From Callorhinchus milii (taxonomy: Eukaryota): a stretch of DNA of 64,000 nt. Of this stretch, positions 62,431-64,000 are shown one piece after another (position 1 is the first letter of the stretch; each line of letters opens with the position of its first letter). The position numbers and the translations under genes are program-made. The notes below the pieces were generated by a model that was given only the letters and a program-made list of their open reading frames with translations, did not search any database and was not told where the DNA came from. Location: positions 56,484,001 to 56,548,000 of the forward strand of contig NW_024704742.1 in NCBI RefSeq assembly GCF_018977255.1. The letters are read 5' to 3'.

Positions 62431-64000
62431 CCTTGTGGGTTTATGTTACCTTCAGAGATGTTAGATTAGTAATTGCCAAAGAGAAAGCTATGTTTGTTGG
62501 CTGTAAAAATCTAATTGAATACCACATTAAAATTTCTCACATTTTATTAAATGATATTTTTATTATTTTCAATGCTCTGTATACTTCCTTTAAGAACTAC
62601 AGAAAATAGGCTTTAAAGTTAGACCAAATTCAATAATGTACCATATGCACCAACACTGAAATGTTATATTAATAGATGAATTTCTACCCAAGGATAGACA
62701 TGTCTAAAAGATATGTGTCTAAAATTACTTTAAATTCAATTAAAGGCAAACACATGGGGTCTTTGAAGAGAAGATGCAACCACTTCAAAGTGTTTGAAGA
62801 TGCAGCCTGCCTGCGTTGGTTCAGAGAAAGGTAATACTGTTCACTTAACAAATGCTGTAGATGTGGCTATTCTGCAGGTTGACAAAATTTTCAAGATTTA
62901 AACAGTATCTTTCTATAAGTAGCTTTAGCAATATTGTAATCCGGGCAATTATCCTTTACTACATCTGAAAGCGAAGAAAAACAACAGCAGGAAAAATGTC
63001 AAATTTTTATTTGTGGACATGCTGATTTATTTGGAATACATGAGTGCCAAGCCTTCAGCCAACATCCCCCCATTCTCTAGAACTCGCTCCCAAAGATCCC
63101 ATCTTGCCTTGCTATATCTCTTTCTCTCTCTGCCTTGAAAAGGCTCCTAAAAACATAATCTTTGACCCATAGACAACACATCTTTCAATTCTCACCCCTT
63201 TACAATTGCTTGGAGATGTTCTGTTATGTGAAAGTTAATAATAAATACATCCTTGCATTTGATCTGGCATCTTTCACGTCAGAAAGACATCACAAAGCGT
63301 TTCTCAGAATTTACAGTTAAGTGTAGTGACCGTGTATTTTGTAGGCAAATATGGTAAATTTTGCCCACAGAAATGTCCCACAAACAGCCACTATGTGAAT
63401 GGCCAATTTTATCTGGGAAATTGTCAGCCAGGACACTGAGAAAAACTCCCTTTATGTTTCCAATAGCCGGAGAATCCTTAGATGGTCTCCGCGTTTCTCT
63501 AGTGCTAGTCCTGAGAGACAAAAACAATATTGTTTTTCAACTGTAAGATGCGTTTTTTGAAGAATTTGAAAGAAAGAAATTAAATGAGCACAAACGGAGG
63601 AAGAACAAGATGGTACAAGAGCAGAGAATTGCTATTCAGGCTGATGGCTTCATTAGAGAAGCAATCACTTACACAAAAACATGCATTATGAGTCGAATAG
63701 TTCCCTGCTATGCAGTAGATTTTGAGTTCTATGGTTTCTATATTTGGATTTTCTGTACAATTGCTCCCAGGCTGTAACTGTGAAGAATAGTGGAGTTGAC
63801 CCAGATATCACAGTGCTACAATCTGGTGGTATTTGCATCATTAATTTCTTTTTTCCACTGTAAACTATTTAACATCTTATCATTGTCACACGTAACCTAA
63901 AAAGGGGTTCGGTGCAAGGGAACTGGTGCCCATCTCCCACTCACCAAGTACAACAACAACAACAACCTGGATTTATAAGCGCCCTCCACGCCAGACACCA

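Overview
Vertebrate genomic DNA. The repeat content (Deu-type and tRNA-Ala SINEs, L2, CR1 and Penelope remnants) suggests a cartilaginous fish, probably a chimaera; this taxon call is inference. Two intron-rich genes lie tail-to-head on the minus strand. CYP4V2 has exons 1-10 at 13884..1 and runs off the left edge. FAM149A has 14 phase-consistent coding exons at 39114..18480, plus a candidate alternative first exon at 42638..42553. This order matches human FAM149A-CYP4V2 synteny. The rest is introns packed with nested retroelements. The most notable unannotated signal is a family of Penelope-like terminal repeats carrying minimal type I hammerhead ribozyme cores. One copy is an intact 135-nt unit flanked by a 15-bp target-site duplication, one is an inverted pair, and one is still attached to a GIY-YIG endonuclease remnant. 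Most ORFs in the supplied track are spurious or transposon-derived. All alignments were done by eye, and repeat family names come from recalled consensus sequences and need database confirmation.
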